From Basidiobolus meristosporus CBS 931.73 (Eukaryota > Fungi > Basidiobolomycota), in contig MCFE01000508.1 in the NCBI GenBank assembly GCA_002104905.1, forward strand, positions 950 to 64,949: a stretch of DNA of 64,000 nt, given 5' to 3'. Position 1 is the first letter of the stretch. Each line of letters starts with the position of its first letter. The translations under genes were made by a program, and so were the position numbers. Positions 48,640 to 62,429 of this stretch are shown piece by piece. The notes under the pieces were generated by a model. The model worked only from the letters and a program-made list of their open reading frames with translations, was not told the DNA's origin and made no database searches.

Positions 48640-50900
48640 TTGCAAGACTTGTTCTGTTGAGTTATAATTAGCTTGGGGTGTGTTCTACAATGTAGAGGCT
48701 AATCAACAATGTACAACAACTTCCAGTAAGCTAGTATTAAAATAGTTTATTGGGTGCTTGATATACTGATAGAATATAAAACTCTCACCAATATCTTCAA
48801 TCTTAGGCTCAAAATATATTCTAGGCAATGTATCTCACTTCTACAGCAGTATTCTGACCTTCTGTTGACCATAGGGCTTATATACTTTTATAGCAACTAT
48901 TCCTTATATGGAAGTCATTTTTTTCTTAGAAAAAAATATTTCCTAATGTGGAAGTCCTGAACTCCACTTTAAACTGAAAGGGTGTCTAAAGGGGTGTCTT
49001 TAAAATAAAGGGGCTTCTTGTAGTGGTCTCTAAAGTGGACTTTACACTACAGGGTGCCTACAGGGGCTACTTTAGAGTAAGGGGGCTTCTTAAAGGGGTC
49101 TCTAAAGGGGTCTTTAGAATAAAAAGGTGTGTTCAGAGTGAAGGGGTTTCTTAAAGGGGACTTTTCCAACAGAAAAGTAGGAGTTTTTGTAGAGCTTTTA
49201 TTGGAATCTTGTGAACTTTGCAATCTCTTTACTGATGTAGTTTTAATCAAAGTTAGATTACTCAACAGAGTAAGTAATGCAGGCAAAGTCTTTTAACATT
49301 TGGACTAGTAATTATAGTGTGGAGACTCTGGAAAGAGAGCTCCATTATATTTTTCAGCTGGGGAAGCCATATATACAAAAATGTGAAGGATCCAAGTTTT
49401 TGGGCAACTGCACTAGCAATGCATGAGATACAAGGCTAAAATCTTGCAGTTGCAATGTTAAGACATAGGTGCTGCTGTGGTGGTGTATAGGTCCAAGGGA
49501 GAGATATGTCCAACACTTCTCAAGTGTTTTGTGTGTGGGGTGTTCACTGGGTGCAATAACCTCTGGCAAAAGCTTGCTAGGAATACTTGGGTTCTGTCTC
49601 TAATCTAATGTGAAGGGGAATAAAGCCACAAGCTTCTCAAGGGAAAACTATTGAGCTACAATCCCCAACTTAGTTGGCATCTTAACAAAAGTATGTGCTG
49701 GGTTCAGCGTCCTTTGAGATGACATTGTACTAATGCTTCCAAAGTCAAAACTACTGTAAACTCCACCAGCAGGGACTTGATAAGAATGCAGCTGTATTCA
49801 ATAGTTACAAAGACAGAAAAGTGTCTTTGCCTGTACAAGAACAAACTTGGGAAAGAATCAAATATAATAAAAGATGCCAACTCTGAGTATTCCATGTAAG
49901 TAGTACCTCCAAGGTCAGTTGGCTGTCAGCACGGTTTCCTGGGAGTGTCCTGCGGTCTAGGGTTGGAAGTTCAGGTAGCAGCAGGTAGCAATGATCACAC
50001 TAATCAACAAGTTGGTATATTGATAAAAGGGTTGATGATTTATTGTTGAGGGATAGCCTCCCTTATATACTTTTCTCACTGGCTAAGTGATTACTAATCA
50101 TGGTGTTCCAGAAGGTTCCAGATATCAATAGAAATCTTAATGACATCAGAATGACCCAAGAATGTTCCAAGTAGGTGCTGGAAGATTCTAAGTGGCACAG
50201 CACATCCAACCAATCAGGAATCAGTATTCTGAGACTTGTGTAACATAGGGATACCATATATGGTATGGAAATGGTAGGGATGGTGACACAGGTTGATCAT
50301 GTGTTACAGGTACTGGCGCGGGTACTTGCCAAATATAGATGTACTTATAGCTAGTAATCTTACATAAGGTGAGAGGTAACTCATGCAATAAGGTAAGCAG
50401 GTGTGATAGTCAACTGGCTTATGGGATAGTACTGATTGGGTAAGACAAATGGGATAAAACTGAAATAAGTGTAGTAGAGATATAGGGAAGTAGAAAATAG
50501 GGGAATGAGCACATCTGTCAGTGGGTGTCACTGTCACCCCACTACACCGCACCTGTGGTAATATCATGAAACTTGATTGGCTGGTTCAGAAGTTACATGC
50601 AATCAAAGTCACCATAGTAATCCTAGCAATAGAGGCCTAATATATATAGTAATTGGACTCTTTTGATCAAAACTCCCTAAGTACTGCCTCAAACAATCTG
50701 TAATTTGAAACATGTGTGTGCTACCGAGTGTTCTGCATGACATTATTTTCCTTGGTGGATTACTTGTTTGGGTCTGAAGCTTTTGTTCTCAAAGTGAGAA
50801 ATTCTTGATCTTTCATTTGTGGGTTACAATGGCAAAAGCAAAATAAAGAAATAAGTGTAATATTAGTTTTGAGATATTGTGGTAATGTAATACTTTCAGT
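48640..50900 (-). repeat. Repeat family X, copy 3, with the tandem array at about 48965-49165; ends approximate
   Basis: Homologous to X copies 1 and 2, and splits the C3 transposase. Confidence 0.7.
49476..50546 (-). mobile_element. Solo LTR (1071 bp) of gypsy family T
   Basis: Reverse complement of 1747-2817, with flanks CTGC/CCGC. The host rejoins as in 19480-19500. Confidence 0.93.
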
Positions 50901-53900
50901 TACCACAGAATCTATCAAGTGCCAAGGCAGAGGCATGCTGGTATATTCCTTCAAAGTAGCCCTTGCTTCTTAGCTGTTGGTAATGTTTACCATCAATTAT
51001 TGAATATGTTTGTGCCTGATTGATACTGAGTTCCATACTTTACAGCTTCACAATATTTCCTGGACTGCATGAGCCTCTTTAGACAGGGTATCACTGTTAT
51101 ATATCTGGAGTGTGAGCAACATCTTCCTGCAATAGTGGTAGATTCTTGGCAAATTGGACACCTTGCAATGGTGGCATTTTCTGATGTGAATGCCATGCAA
51201 CTGTTATCACATGCTAGTATCAGGACAGCCTCTGGGGCATATGTAGCCAGCTGCATGATGGTAGTCCATTTATATCATATACCTGGTAAGTTGCATCCTG
51301 GGATGATTTTGACAAGAAGTATTAGTAAGTCCTTAAAGCCCCCATTACTGATATCAGTGGAAATGTGCCACTTCTCTAGCCACAACATCCCATCATCCAC
51401 CAGTAGATGGATTACTGGGCTAATATGACTCCATAAAGGATCCTCAGCACTTTTTTCAACAGGTGTTGTCTTATTGCATGATGGGATCTTAATGGGCATA
51501 TGCAGGGTACTGTTGTTAGGGAAGATAGGGTCACAATCCTTCAATGTGCCTGCTTCTTTGGAGCTATCACTATGTGTGCCATATTCAGAAGGGTGGTGTA
51601 GCCTAAAGGCTTCACAAACTCACCTGACTTAGTTTGCACAAGGTGACAAGTATTTCTAGGTGCTGTTTTAGAAGAATCAAGTGGCCAGCAAGATATTTTT
51701 GGTACAGTAGTGACTGATAAGTGGTCAAGTTTGACTTGTGTGGCAAAACACTAGCTGTGATCCTTGTAATACTTCATATGTTGTCTGAGTGCTTCATGGC
51801 TGAGAGGCTTGCTATAATAGCAACATGGTTTTTTAATCCTCTCTTACAGTGTTAAATCAAAGTAGTCTTTTCCATGGGGCAAACAGTTTGACACTCAGCA
51901 ACTTAGTACTATTATATCAATTCTTTGTCAATACTCATGTGAATCTAAGAGAGTCTTGTATTTGAGACATTGTACCTACATGAATGTAAGATTCAATGAT
52001 GACCTGCTATAGTAAGCATTATAAATAAAGTTGTGGCACCTCATACACAAGTATATGTAACACTATTTCACCTTTAGTTTGACTCACTTCCATATATATG
52101 TGGCCATAAACAAAGTAAAGTTGACTGGTTCCCAACCAAAACCCACTACTGACAGTAGCAGAAGAACAGCTGGACAACAGTTTCTCTGATATTCAGTGCA
52201 ACAAGTGGGACTACAAACAAAAAAGACCCTGTGGAGAGTGTGCCCACTGAAGGTAATAATGCAGACTCCTCAGGCTGTCAGTCAAGTAGGTAATTATCAA
52301 TCTCTGCAGAGCCACAAGCTGACCATAATGCTGAGGCAGATGAGAGTGTAGCAAAAGTGGAACCTCCAGTTTAAGACCAGCAAGTGGCTGACATGACACC
52401 ACCACCTTTATTAGCAAGGATGTTGTCAGCCCATACCAAAGCATTACTGGGGCAATCAGGTGCAGTGGCTGATCAGATAGATGCAATGGCCCAGGGAACT
52501 CCAGAAATAATCCACAAACTGGATGAGCAGATAATACATGCAGAGCAATCAATATCCCATGTAGAGAGAGCAGTATCTTTGCTGCAAAGAAGGAACTGAA
52601 GTAGCTCAATGTCACAGCCAAGAATTGAGCCATTTCCCAATGTAACAGCAGAGGAACACTATACAGTCTTTGAAGCACAGCAACAGTGCCCATAGATAAA
52701 GCCCACAAAGATTACCTATCACAGCATGGGAGGGACAGAATGAAGAGTTTATACCAAAGCCTAAAGATCAAAAGACTTTGAAGATATGTGAAGTTGTTGA
52801 GTGCAATAATGAAGAGTGGGCTGTTGTTCAAGAGGTTATAAGAAGTCTAGCATGCTAACACTTCAAGGCCAGCATACCATGGGATCATCAGGAGCTCAAG
52901 GCCAAGCAGGATGAGCTGGAATTGCTCCATAAACATTATCCTGGATTCAGACATGCAAACAGAATTTGCGCCAGCATTTGTAAGCTAAGAAAGTATCTCT
53001 AGAATAGCTGAAACTACCATAGGCAGAAGAACAAGGGTGCAATGGCTAAAAACCAGCAGCTTCCTCAAGGGCCTATTACAACCAGGGCTGAAAGCTCCCA
53101 ACAAGCATCAAAAAGACATCAGGTAGCTGGAAGTGTGCTAATAAGGGAAAAGCAGGCATACACAGATGCACCAGCACAATATATTTCAGGGAAAAAGCAT
53201 AGTTCTATTCAAGAAGCACTCAGTCAAAGTGGCAGTGAAAGATCTGGCAATAATAAAGGAAAAGGTAAATGGAAAGAAGTCTTCCCAAGCCAGAGACAGC
53301 AAAATATAAGAAAAAAGCTACAGTTCTTGCAAGCCAATCCTGAAAGTCTTAAATAGACTGAATCCCATCATAGCCAAGCAGAATCCCTAACAAGAAAATG
53401 GCTGTTTTCACAACAATTGGAAGTGCAGCCTGTTGAGCTACACTTGAGTGAGGTAGATGAGTTTGTAGAGAAAGACAACTTGTCTACCACAGCCTCCATA
53501 TCCTCTATTGTTGAGAGAGTGGATATCCCACTACCATACAAAGTGACAACACCAAGAACCCAAAAGGTTATCACAATGCCTTCAGTAGAGTTTGGAACAT
53601 CAACAGGCACACTCAGAGGTTGCAGCCCTTCTTCAAGAGCAGTGCTCAAGAAAACTCACTTGAGTATTGCAAGGATTTATTGCAAAGACTGGCAGATGTG
53701 GTGCTAGACCTTGCAGTGCCAGCTGAGGACCAGGACATATGGGAACCAGTGAATGAGTGGTGGCATAAAGCTGTAGGGTTCCTGCTAAAGTCATGGAAAC
53801 AGGGCGTTAGAGCAAAAATACTTTTTTTGAGTGGTGGATTTTAATGGAGTTACTTGTTGAGTGTGGGGTTAGGCTTAATGTTGGTGTAGGGTATAGGGAC

Positions 53901-54299
53901 TTGTATAGGTCAATACAGTTGGTAACCAAGGTACAACCAAAGTTTCAATGGATATAAATCAATTTGTATGCATGAAAAGTCAGAGAAATGGTCAAGTCAG
54001 TAAATAAGGAGTGTGCAAAAGAGGCACTAGCCAATCAATGCACACAAGCATAGGAGGTCATAGTGTGTACAGTATCAGAAAGTGAGAAAATTGGCAGAGA
54101 ACCAATCAAAAGCCACCTTTACATTGTTGAGATGAAATATTTTGACTAAGTTTTTGTGAGATCTAGGGTGCAATCATTTTTTGACGGTCTTTGTATGGTG
54201 TCCTGATTGGATCCTTACATCTCAGTCACAGGACTTAGAATATGAGAAAGTATTTTGATGGGATCATCACAATAATCTCTCCTAGGGTTCTTTATACAC

Positions 54300-54726
54300 A
54301 ATTAAAGGCCATATCCTCAGTTGTAGACTCTATGTCTGTTGCTGGGCCTTGGAACTTGTCTGTCAGGCTATTCAGGATGATAACTATAATATCCTCATCA
54401 GTAGTTGGTGCACCCGTGAATTCCATCTCATCCACCAGCAGGGTATTTCTGTAAATTGAAATTTTTTACTTCATCTACTGGCAGCACCTTTGTAGTACAG
54501 AATTTTTGTCCAAGATGTGTTTTCTTAGCAGCTGAGCATGACTCATATGGGCTTTCTAATGCCTTCCAGGCATTCTTTGTCACTTTTGCTCTTAATAATT
54601 GAGTTAGCAACGGGTCTTAAACATTAAGGCAAATGCAGTTAAAGGCACTTTGTTTCTTTCTAGCACCTTAAGCCTTCCTCTCCCACATTTAAATAGCACA
54701 TTCTTCTCCTATGACAATATCCTAAA
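54300..54726 (-). pseudogene. gag: Copia gag N-terminal fragment, target of the next copia; left end approximate
   Basis: DIVIGEE...QSAFNCICLNV*DPLLTQLLRAKVTKNAWKALESPYE is a Retrotran_gag_2-like pattern. Confidence 0.7.
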
Positions 54727-56692
54727 TGTTGTAAGAGTCTTGGATATATTGGAAGTGATTGTGAGGACATGTAGATTATGTGGTTCTCACTTACTGAGTT
54801 ATTGAATGTAAAAGTAGTATGTATACTTTTACATGCTCTGGGCATACCAAGCACATGGAAAAGGGTTAAAAAGATCCAAGTTCATGTGTGTAATACTTGG
54901 CACTGTTTGGACAACTTTGAGAAGTTTTATGTTCTGGGTACCTGCTATTTTGGTGAAAATATTGTAAGTGAATTTCAACAAGGAATTTGGTCAGTATTCT
55001 CTATGATTTGAAGGTAATGATCTAAGTTGCTAAGTTAGGTGAATACTTAGGTGGGATTACAATTTTTTACTACACTCCCACTCAACTAAATGGCCATACT
55101 GACTAGTTGTGATTTTGACCTAAGATATCAAACGTGTCTCTAGCTGATGGTTGGTAAATATTTCTACAATTGTTTCACCTGCAAAACAGTGGGCCAAGCT
55201 AACTAAGCTATTCTCTAAAGCTTCTTGTATAAAATAATGTCCAATATCTATGTATATAGTTCTAGCATAAAAAGTTGCATTCCACCTATTTTTATACATT
55301 CTTGGCTAACTTGAAATAAAGTAATTGGCTTTTTTTTGACATCAATCTAAATCTCTTAGAAGCGTTCTCAACCACATTGCTTCTGTTGTAGCTTCACAGG
55401 CTGCCATATACTCTGCCACTATGGTGGAAAGTGCCATGGCTGGTTGCTCCCCTAAATTCCATGAAGTTGCTCCTTTACAGTAAGGTAGGGTGTATGCTCT
55501 GGTGGATCTTCTAACTTCCAAATTTCATGCCTAATCAGCATCAAACTATCCCAAAGGATCCTGCTCTGAGTCCTCATAGGTGTATTGTAAGCAGATATTA
55601 GCAGTTTCTCTTAGGTACCAAAAAATCCACTTAACTGCTGCAATATGATTAGATCTATAGTTCTGATTATGCTGGCTGACAACTCCTACTGAATATCAGA
55701 TATCTGGACATATTCCAAGCATGATATGCCTCATATAAACAGCAGTAGACTGATAAAAAAGCCAGAGCTTTTAGATGGCACCAAGCTTTCCTGATTTGGT
55801 TGTATTTTGATCAAGTTAAGATTTGTCTTCATTTGGGTAGCTACCAGTTTACAGTCCTCCATTAGATACTTCTTTACTATATCTTGAATATACCTAAACT
55901 TGCTTAGGATAATAGCCTGGGTACTTCTGTCTATAGAGAACTTTACCCCTAAGTGGCAACTGAGTTCTTGTAAATCAGAAATTCTGAGCTCTTCAGATAC
56001 ACTGGATTTAGTCTCTTTCAATGTTTCTGGGTTGTTGGTGGCTCTAATAAGATCATCCACATATAGAGCTAATAAAACTGGACTTACTCTATCTGGCTTA
56101 CAGTATATGCAATAGTCATCATTACTACTTTTGAGACTCAAAGATTCCAGATAGGAATCTATCTTGCTATTCCAGGCTCTTGGTGATTGTTTGAGGCCAT
56201 ATAGAGATTTGTTCAGCTTGCAGACCAAATGGGAGATATCTTGGTCAGCAAACCCATTGGGCTTGTTCATATACATGTCCTTATCAAGTTCTTTATTCAA
56301 AGGTGTAGTTTTTACATCCATATGATGTAAAAAAACTTATTTTTGGCAGCAATAGCCAATTTTAATCTGATGGTATTAAGCATGGCTATCTGTGCAAAGG
56401 TCTCAGTATAGTCAAGTCCTTTTGTTTGAGAGTATCCTTTGACCACAAGTCTTGTTTTTTACCTCTAAACTGTACCATCAGCCTTGTACTTTGTCTTGAA
56501 GATCCATTTCCATCTAATTGATTTTTGGTTGATTGGCAATTTGACTAAGTCCCAAATTTGATTTTCCATTAGGGCCTGATATTCCTCAGTCATTGCAGAT
56601 CTCCAAAGCTGTGTCTGAGGGCTATTTAGGGCCTCATTTACTGTCTGGGGTTCATTGTTATTGAATAAATAGGCATAAGTTAAGTTTGTACC

Positions 56693-59600
56693 TGTTGTGA
56701 ATAGACACAAGGCAAGAAAGTAGAGATAGGCAGGGAAGGACCAAGAAAGAACTTGGGTGTGGATCAACAAGACAAGGGGGATTTCCAAGGCAAGGCTGTT
56801 TATTCAAGACCTGTGTTTATCAGATTGAGGAATACATACAGGGGTATAAGACTATGTATACTTTTTGGCAATATGGATGCCAAGAGTTATTGGCTAACAC
56901 TGATGGGGCTCTGGGGTGAGGCACAGTAAGTGTGCCAAGATAGAAATATACTAAAGAACAGACTAGAAATTCAAATGGGGATATGCCAAGAGTCAGCTGA
57001 TCATGCAACTAGGTAATGTGACATGCAATTGTAATATATGGTATTGAGCTACATATATTTCAAAGGGAAGCTTCCATAGAATATTCCATTGTGTAACATT
57101 GACTTGGAGCTTTCAAGAAGTTGCTAGAATGTAGTAAAACTTTCTAGAAGGAACTGGGACTTCTTCACTCTTTTAATTCAACTGGATCAACAAAAGGTCA
57201 TGGATGTCATGTGATCATGACACTATTCTCCTCTTCTGAGGGGCTTTCCTCAGGCTTTTGGCTTTGGCTTGCTGGGGTATGTATGGTAAAATTGTACAAC
57301 TAGATCTTGGTGGTTTGTTAGGTTAGTTGCTGGTTCCCTAGTTTGATTATTTGGGCCATAACCAACCCAATTTACTAGATAGTGAAGCTTGAATCTGATG
57401 TACTTTGAATCTAGTACTTGCTGAACCTCAAACTCTTGGTGTTTTTCTACTTTAATGGCTGGAGGATTTACCAGTGCTGGTTTGATGGAGTATTTTCTGA
57501 ACAGGGCATCAGGTTTTTCTTGTTTTACACCTGGTCTATAGGTGATGACAATGTCAAAGCTGGACAAGAAGTGGGACCATCTGTCTTGTCTCTGTTTTAG
57601 TCCTTTTAAGGTGGTAAAGTACTGAAAGTTCTTGTGATTACAGAAGATCTTTATCTTCTGGACTGCACCATCAAGGTAGTGTCTTTGTTGTTGAAAGCAA
57701 CAATGATTGCAAGTGATTCCTTGTCAAAGATATCATAGCTTACCTCAGTTGGTGTAAATATCTGAGAGTAGAATGCAATATGGTGTGGCACATTCTTGTC
57801 ATCATACTGGGAAAGGATGGCATCAAGGGCAAAGCCAGAGGCATCAGTTTCTATGATGAAAGGTCTCTCATAGTTGGGGTGGGCAAGCAGGGGGGCACAC
57901 TATTCCTTGGTAGAATCAAAGGGCTCAGACTGTTCTTCATTCCAAGTAAAGGCCAGATTTGAAAGAGCTCCATATATATATCTAAGAAAACCTCCAGAAA
58001 GGCTTTACTCAGCACTCCAAGTCCCCAGCTGATGCCCCAATCCTCATTGTCAGAAAACAAATGGAACCTTTAGGATGTGTGCAGACCACTATTCCCTGAA
58101 TAAGATCACAATCAAGAACTATTACCCTTTGTCTCTGATCAACACCCTGCTGGATCAACTCTCTGCTACCAAAATATTTACCAATATTGATCTCAGAGGG
58201 GCTTTTAACCTTGTCAGGATTAAATCTGGCAAGAAATAGAACACTACCTTGAAAACAAGATATGGTCATTTGAGTATGGAGTTATGCCATTTGATCTCAC
58301 CAATGCCCCAGCTATCTTTCAACACCTGATGAATGACATACTCCATGAGTACCTTGACCAATTTGTAGTTATCTATGTTGATGAAATCCTAATCTACTCC
58401 AAGACTCAAGAAGTGCATAATTCATGTGTAAAAAAAGTCTTGACCAAGCTTGACACTGCTGGCCTTTATACCAAGCTGGAAAAATGTGAGTTGGACCAGA
58501 AAGAAGTCAAGTTCCTAGATTATCTGATAAGCTCATTTGGAGCAAGAATGGGCTTCAAGAAAGTAGGAGCCATTCAGTCCTGGCAAACCTCCTGCTCCAT
58601 AAAAGAAGTACAATCCTTCCTTGGATTTGCCAACTTTGACTGTATAATCAGTGCCAAACACTACAAGATATTCACTCCTATGACAAAGCTCACCCAGAGA
58701 ATTCAGGCTGTGGGAGGTTTTAGATAGGACCAGATGGTGGGATTTTTCTTCTTTAAGGTCAATGGGACAATCATAGGGACTATGTGCCATGAGTAGTACT
58801 TCTTTCTACTTATCAAAGACCAAGGAAAACTCTTGATACTTGGCAGGTACTCCATTAGAGGGGGCTTCTTTAGTGATGATGGGCTCCTGGGTCTGGGAGA
58901 ACTTGGGAAAAGATCCATCTTTACCAGGAAAGTCAGGTGCTTTCATGGTGTTGAAATGATGGATTCTGGGGAATGTCAGGGTTTTGGTCTTCCAGCTGAT
59001 AGCTGAGTCATGGTGACTATACCATGAGCTTCCAAGAACTATGGGGTGGTGGGGAGAGCTGAGTATGTTGAAGGCTAGTGTCTTAGGGTGGCCAGTACTG
59101 GACAGCTGGAGTAGACATGTCTCATGGGTACAGCACCAGAGGTAAGAGATCTTCCATTGGCAACTTCTTCTTGGACAGGGCAAGATTTCAGGATAGTGAG
59201 GATTTTGTGCTTCTGGACAAAGGACTGGTCAATGAGACATAAGGAAGCACCAGAATCTATGAGGGCAAGGACTTGGACAGGACTGGATTCAGGGTTATGT
59301 ATGCTGACAGGCATGCTCAAGGACTAGATGGACTTGGTAGCATATGAGGTGTCTTCAATGTGTTAATTAATCATTGGAAGGTCCAGAGGCAGGCCTGTCA
59401 TTGTAAGTAGACACTGGAGTTTCCCAACAATTCTGGAGAATGTTGTTCACTGGACAATTGCAGGAGTTTGAAGCTGGACTTCTTGTTAGTACAAGACTTG
59501 GCAAAGTGACCTTCTGTTGTAGGTTTCTTGTATTTGGCACTGTCAATTTGCATAGGATCTTGAGGCTTATTACTGGGTGACTGAATTACTGGGAAGGAGG

Positions 59601-61148
59601 TTGGCAGATAAGTAAGTTGGAACTTCTGTTTCTTCTGGAAAAGGCAATTGTCATATCAGATTGCTTGATGTATAGCTTCACACAAGGTAGCTGGGGCAGG
59701 GAGTGTGAGTAGTAGGTCACTGACTTCATCATTAAGTCCATCTTGAAACTGGCTAATTAAGGCAGCATCACCCCAGAGGTTCAAATCACTGACTAGTAGC
59801 TGGAATTAGGATGCATACATGGATGCAGGTCTGTTTCCTTGCTTCAAGCTTTTGATCTTGTTGGCAGCAATTCTGGCATTATCAGTGTTACCAAATGTTA
59901 ACTCCATTTCTGTGAGGAAGGCATGGTAGTCACTGAGTAGGGGGGAGTTGGTTTCCACCCAAAGGGAGAACCATTTCTAGGCAGCTCTGGTGAGCAGGTC
60001 AGAGATATAACCAAATTCTGTTTGATCTGTTGGGAACCAATTGGGCTGTAGCAACAAGTGGTGTTTGACTATGTTTATGAAGCCCTGGAGCTCATATTAA
60101 GAGTCACTGAACCTGGTAGTGAAGGTTATCTTGTGATCATGGTAAGAGGGATTCTTGACAGGCTGTTGAGTATTTTGGCTGTGAAGCCAAGCAACAGAGT
60201 TTCTGAGCTCTGCATTGTCTTGTTGCAGCTGGGCAAAGGCAGCCATGAGGCTTGCAAGGTTGTACTTGGGACTGGACATGTCAGGGTAGCAGGAGATGCA
60301 GAGGTTTCTTGAGCTTGTTCAGGAATACTGCATACTACTAGCTAAAATGTGGTTTATAAAGCCACTGGTTTGCCAATGATGAAATAACTGACCTACAATT
60401 CCCAGCTTTGATTCAGTTGGTGTCACTTCAGAAGGTACTGGCTCTGAAATTCTTTGATAGAGTATTGTACTAAAGCTTCCAATACCTTAACAACTGTAAA
60501 CTACACTAGCAGGGTATTAAGTGAATGCAGCTTTGGCCAATTGTGTTACAACAATAAAGTATCTTTGCCTTCAGAGGACAAGAATAGGGAAAGATTCAGG
60601 GTGATACTTATTTTAGGTATCGCTTTACAAGTTCTTCCCAAGAACTTTGGGTACAAGGCAGAGATCTGCAGGTAAGTCAAGAGCCGTCTGATAATACTGT
60701 TATCAATAGACACAAGGCAGGAGAGTAGAGCTAAGCAATGCAGGACCAGGAAAGGTCTTAGGTGGGGTCACCAAGACAAGGTGGATTTCTAAGCCAAGGC
60801 TGTTTATTCAAGATAATTGACTAATACTGATGGGGTTCTGAGGTGAGGCACAGTAAGTGTGCCATGATAGAAATATACTAAAAAACAGACTAGAGATTCA
60901 AGTAGGGATATGCCAAGAGTCAGCTGATCATGTGACTAGGTAATGTGGCATGCACTTATAAAATATGGAATTGAGCAGCATAAATTCTAAAGGGAAGCTA
61001 CCATAGAATATTTCATTGTGTAACATTGACTTAGAGCTTTCAAGGAGTTGCTGGAATGTAGTAGAACTTTCTAGAAGGAACTGAGACTTCTTCACTATTT
61101 TGATTTGACCAGATCAAGAGAGGTCATGGATGTCATGTGATCATGACA
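56693..61148 (-). mobile_element. Chromoviral Ty3/gypsy element (4456 bp), integrase core deleted, RT segment inverted
   Basis: LTRs 56693-57222 and 60698-61148 with a perfect 5-bp TSD GTACC. Contains gag, LIDSGAS protease, ETDASGFAL RNase H and a chromodomain (EFEVQQVLD...YLVNWVGY). Confidence 0.95.
57961..58699 (+). pseudogene. Inverted RT core of the chromovirus
   Basis: KSPADAPIL...MPFDLTNAPA...YVDEILIYS reads on plus, whereas the protease and RNase H read on minus. Confidence 0.9.
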
Positions 61149-62429
61149 GTACCCTCATTTATATAGTAATTTGGGCTATTTCTTGTCCAATTGGATCTCC
61201 TGGCATTTAATACTGGGATGATCACTTCTGGGATACTCCTGGGCCCTTATTCAGGCTAAACCACAGTTGCCAAGCCCTTTAGAAGGAAAAAACTCTCATT
61301 GTTTTGCTCTGATTCAGTCCTGAAAATTGGTGGACTGAAAATGAGAATTTTGTCATCATCTGATGTGATTCTTTGTGAAAATTTTGATATTTCATCAAAC
61401 AGCACATTCCTGGATTTGACCAGCTTCATTTCTTTGGAATTGTAGAGTCTGTATGCTCAACATTCATTGCAGGAGCCCAAAAATATGCATTTTACACTCT
61501 TTGACTCATATCTTAACTTATTTGTAGTTTGTTTCTAGGCATATGCTCTACAACCAAATATTTTTAGATGCTCTGCACTTGGTCTGTATCCATACCATGC
61601 TTCAATTGGTGTAAACACATAGAGTATACTGCTGTAACTCCTATTTGTTAGGTATACAGTGGTGGTAACTGAGTGCACCCAAAAATAATAGGATAATTTT
61701 TGATCATGGACCATCAATCTTGTAATATCAATTATTGATCTGTTTGTCCATTTTGCAGTGCAGAGGATGGTACAGTAGTCTCTTGCTTTATCCCATGAGT
61801 TTTGCAGAAGTGGATGAAGAGTTCTGAGGTATATGTTCCATCATTGTCAGAATGTATTTTCTTGATTTTAGCACCAGTTTTTCTCTCCACTGTGGCTTTA
61901 TATGCCCTGAACTTAGACTGAAGTTCTTCCTTTCTCTCCACAAAGTAGACTCATATGCATCTTGTATAAGCATCAATAAAGTGATCAAATGCTTCTTCCT
62001 ACTTGAGGATTAATTTCGCATAGTTCCACATAAATCTGAGTGAATCAGATACAATTTTTTCTCAGTTTTGATTGACCCAGAGCTCTTGCACAGTTGGCTG
62101 GCTTGTTCCTCATATATGCTGGCTCTACAGTGCTCCAAATTTGCTGAGGATCAGTTTTTACTCTGGAACTTAGATACTCTTTGATCAATTTGCACAAATA
62201 ATCAAAATTGATGTGTCCAAATCTCCTGTGCCAAAGCATGGGTGTTTCTTCATTTAAGTTATCCATATTGGCTTCCAGATATAATAGAATATAAGTCAGC
62301 TTGTATAGATTCTGATCTCTGATACCCAAAGCAATATGGGCACCATTTTGATTGGTGATCCTGTATCCAGAATTGTGAAAACTGAAGCTGAGTCCTTCTG
62401 CTGTGGCCTTGCTTATAGATAGCAGGTTC

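Larger units (their letters stand above)
48240..54290. mobile_element. CACTA-like copy C3, interrupted by repeat X and a solo LTR; ends approximate
   Basis: Transposase pieces at 48240-48640 and 50900-51981, ORF2 from 52098. The 3' region is homologous to 47700-48240 and 35550-36100. Confidence 0.78.
54727..62429 (-). mobile_element. Older copia A element (3' LTR 54727-55074; RT/RNase H 55080-56690; integrase 61150-62429), split by two insertions
   Basis: LTR plus PPT complement CTCCCACTC. Motifs DVKT..., YGLKQSPRAW, LYVDDL, WHRRFGHINF and KKIHSDNDG, with many lesions. Confidence 0.92.

Noticed and set aside
48646-48660. GACTTGTTCTGTTG as a TIR making X a member of the Harbinger-like family
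   Set aside because: Other X copies extend past this point, there is no TA-type flank and no matching far end was found. It is probably coincidental or too eroded to call.
900-61988. The many 60-130 aa ORFs in the track as host genes
   Set aside because: They are off-frame or antisense readings of LTRs, MITE arms and decayed TE genes, and recur with the repeats. None shows a recognisable host domain.
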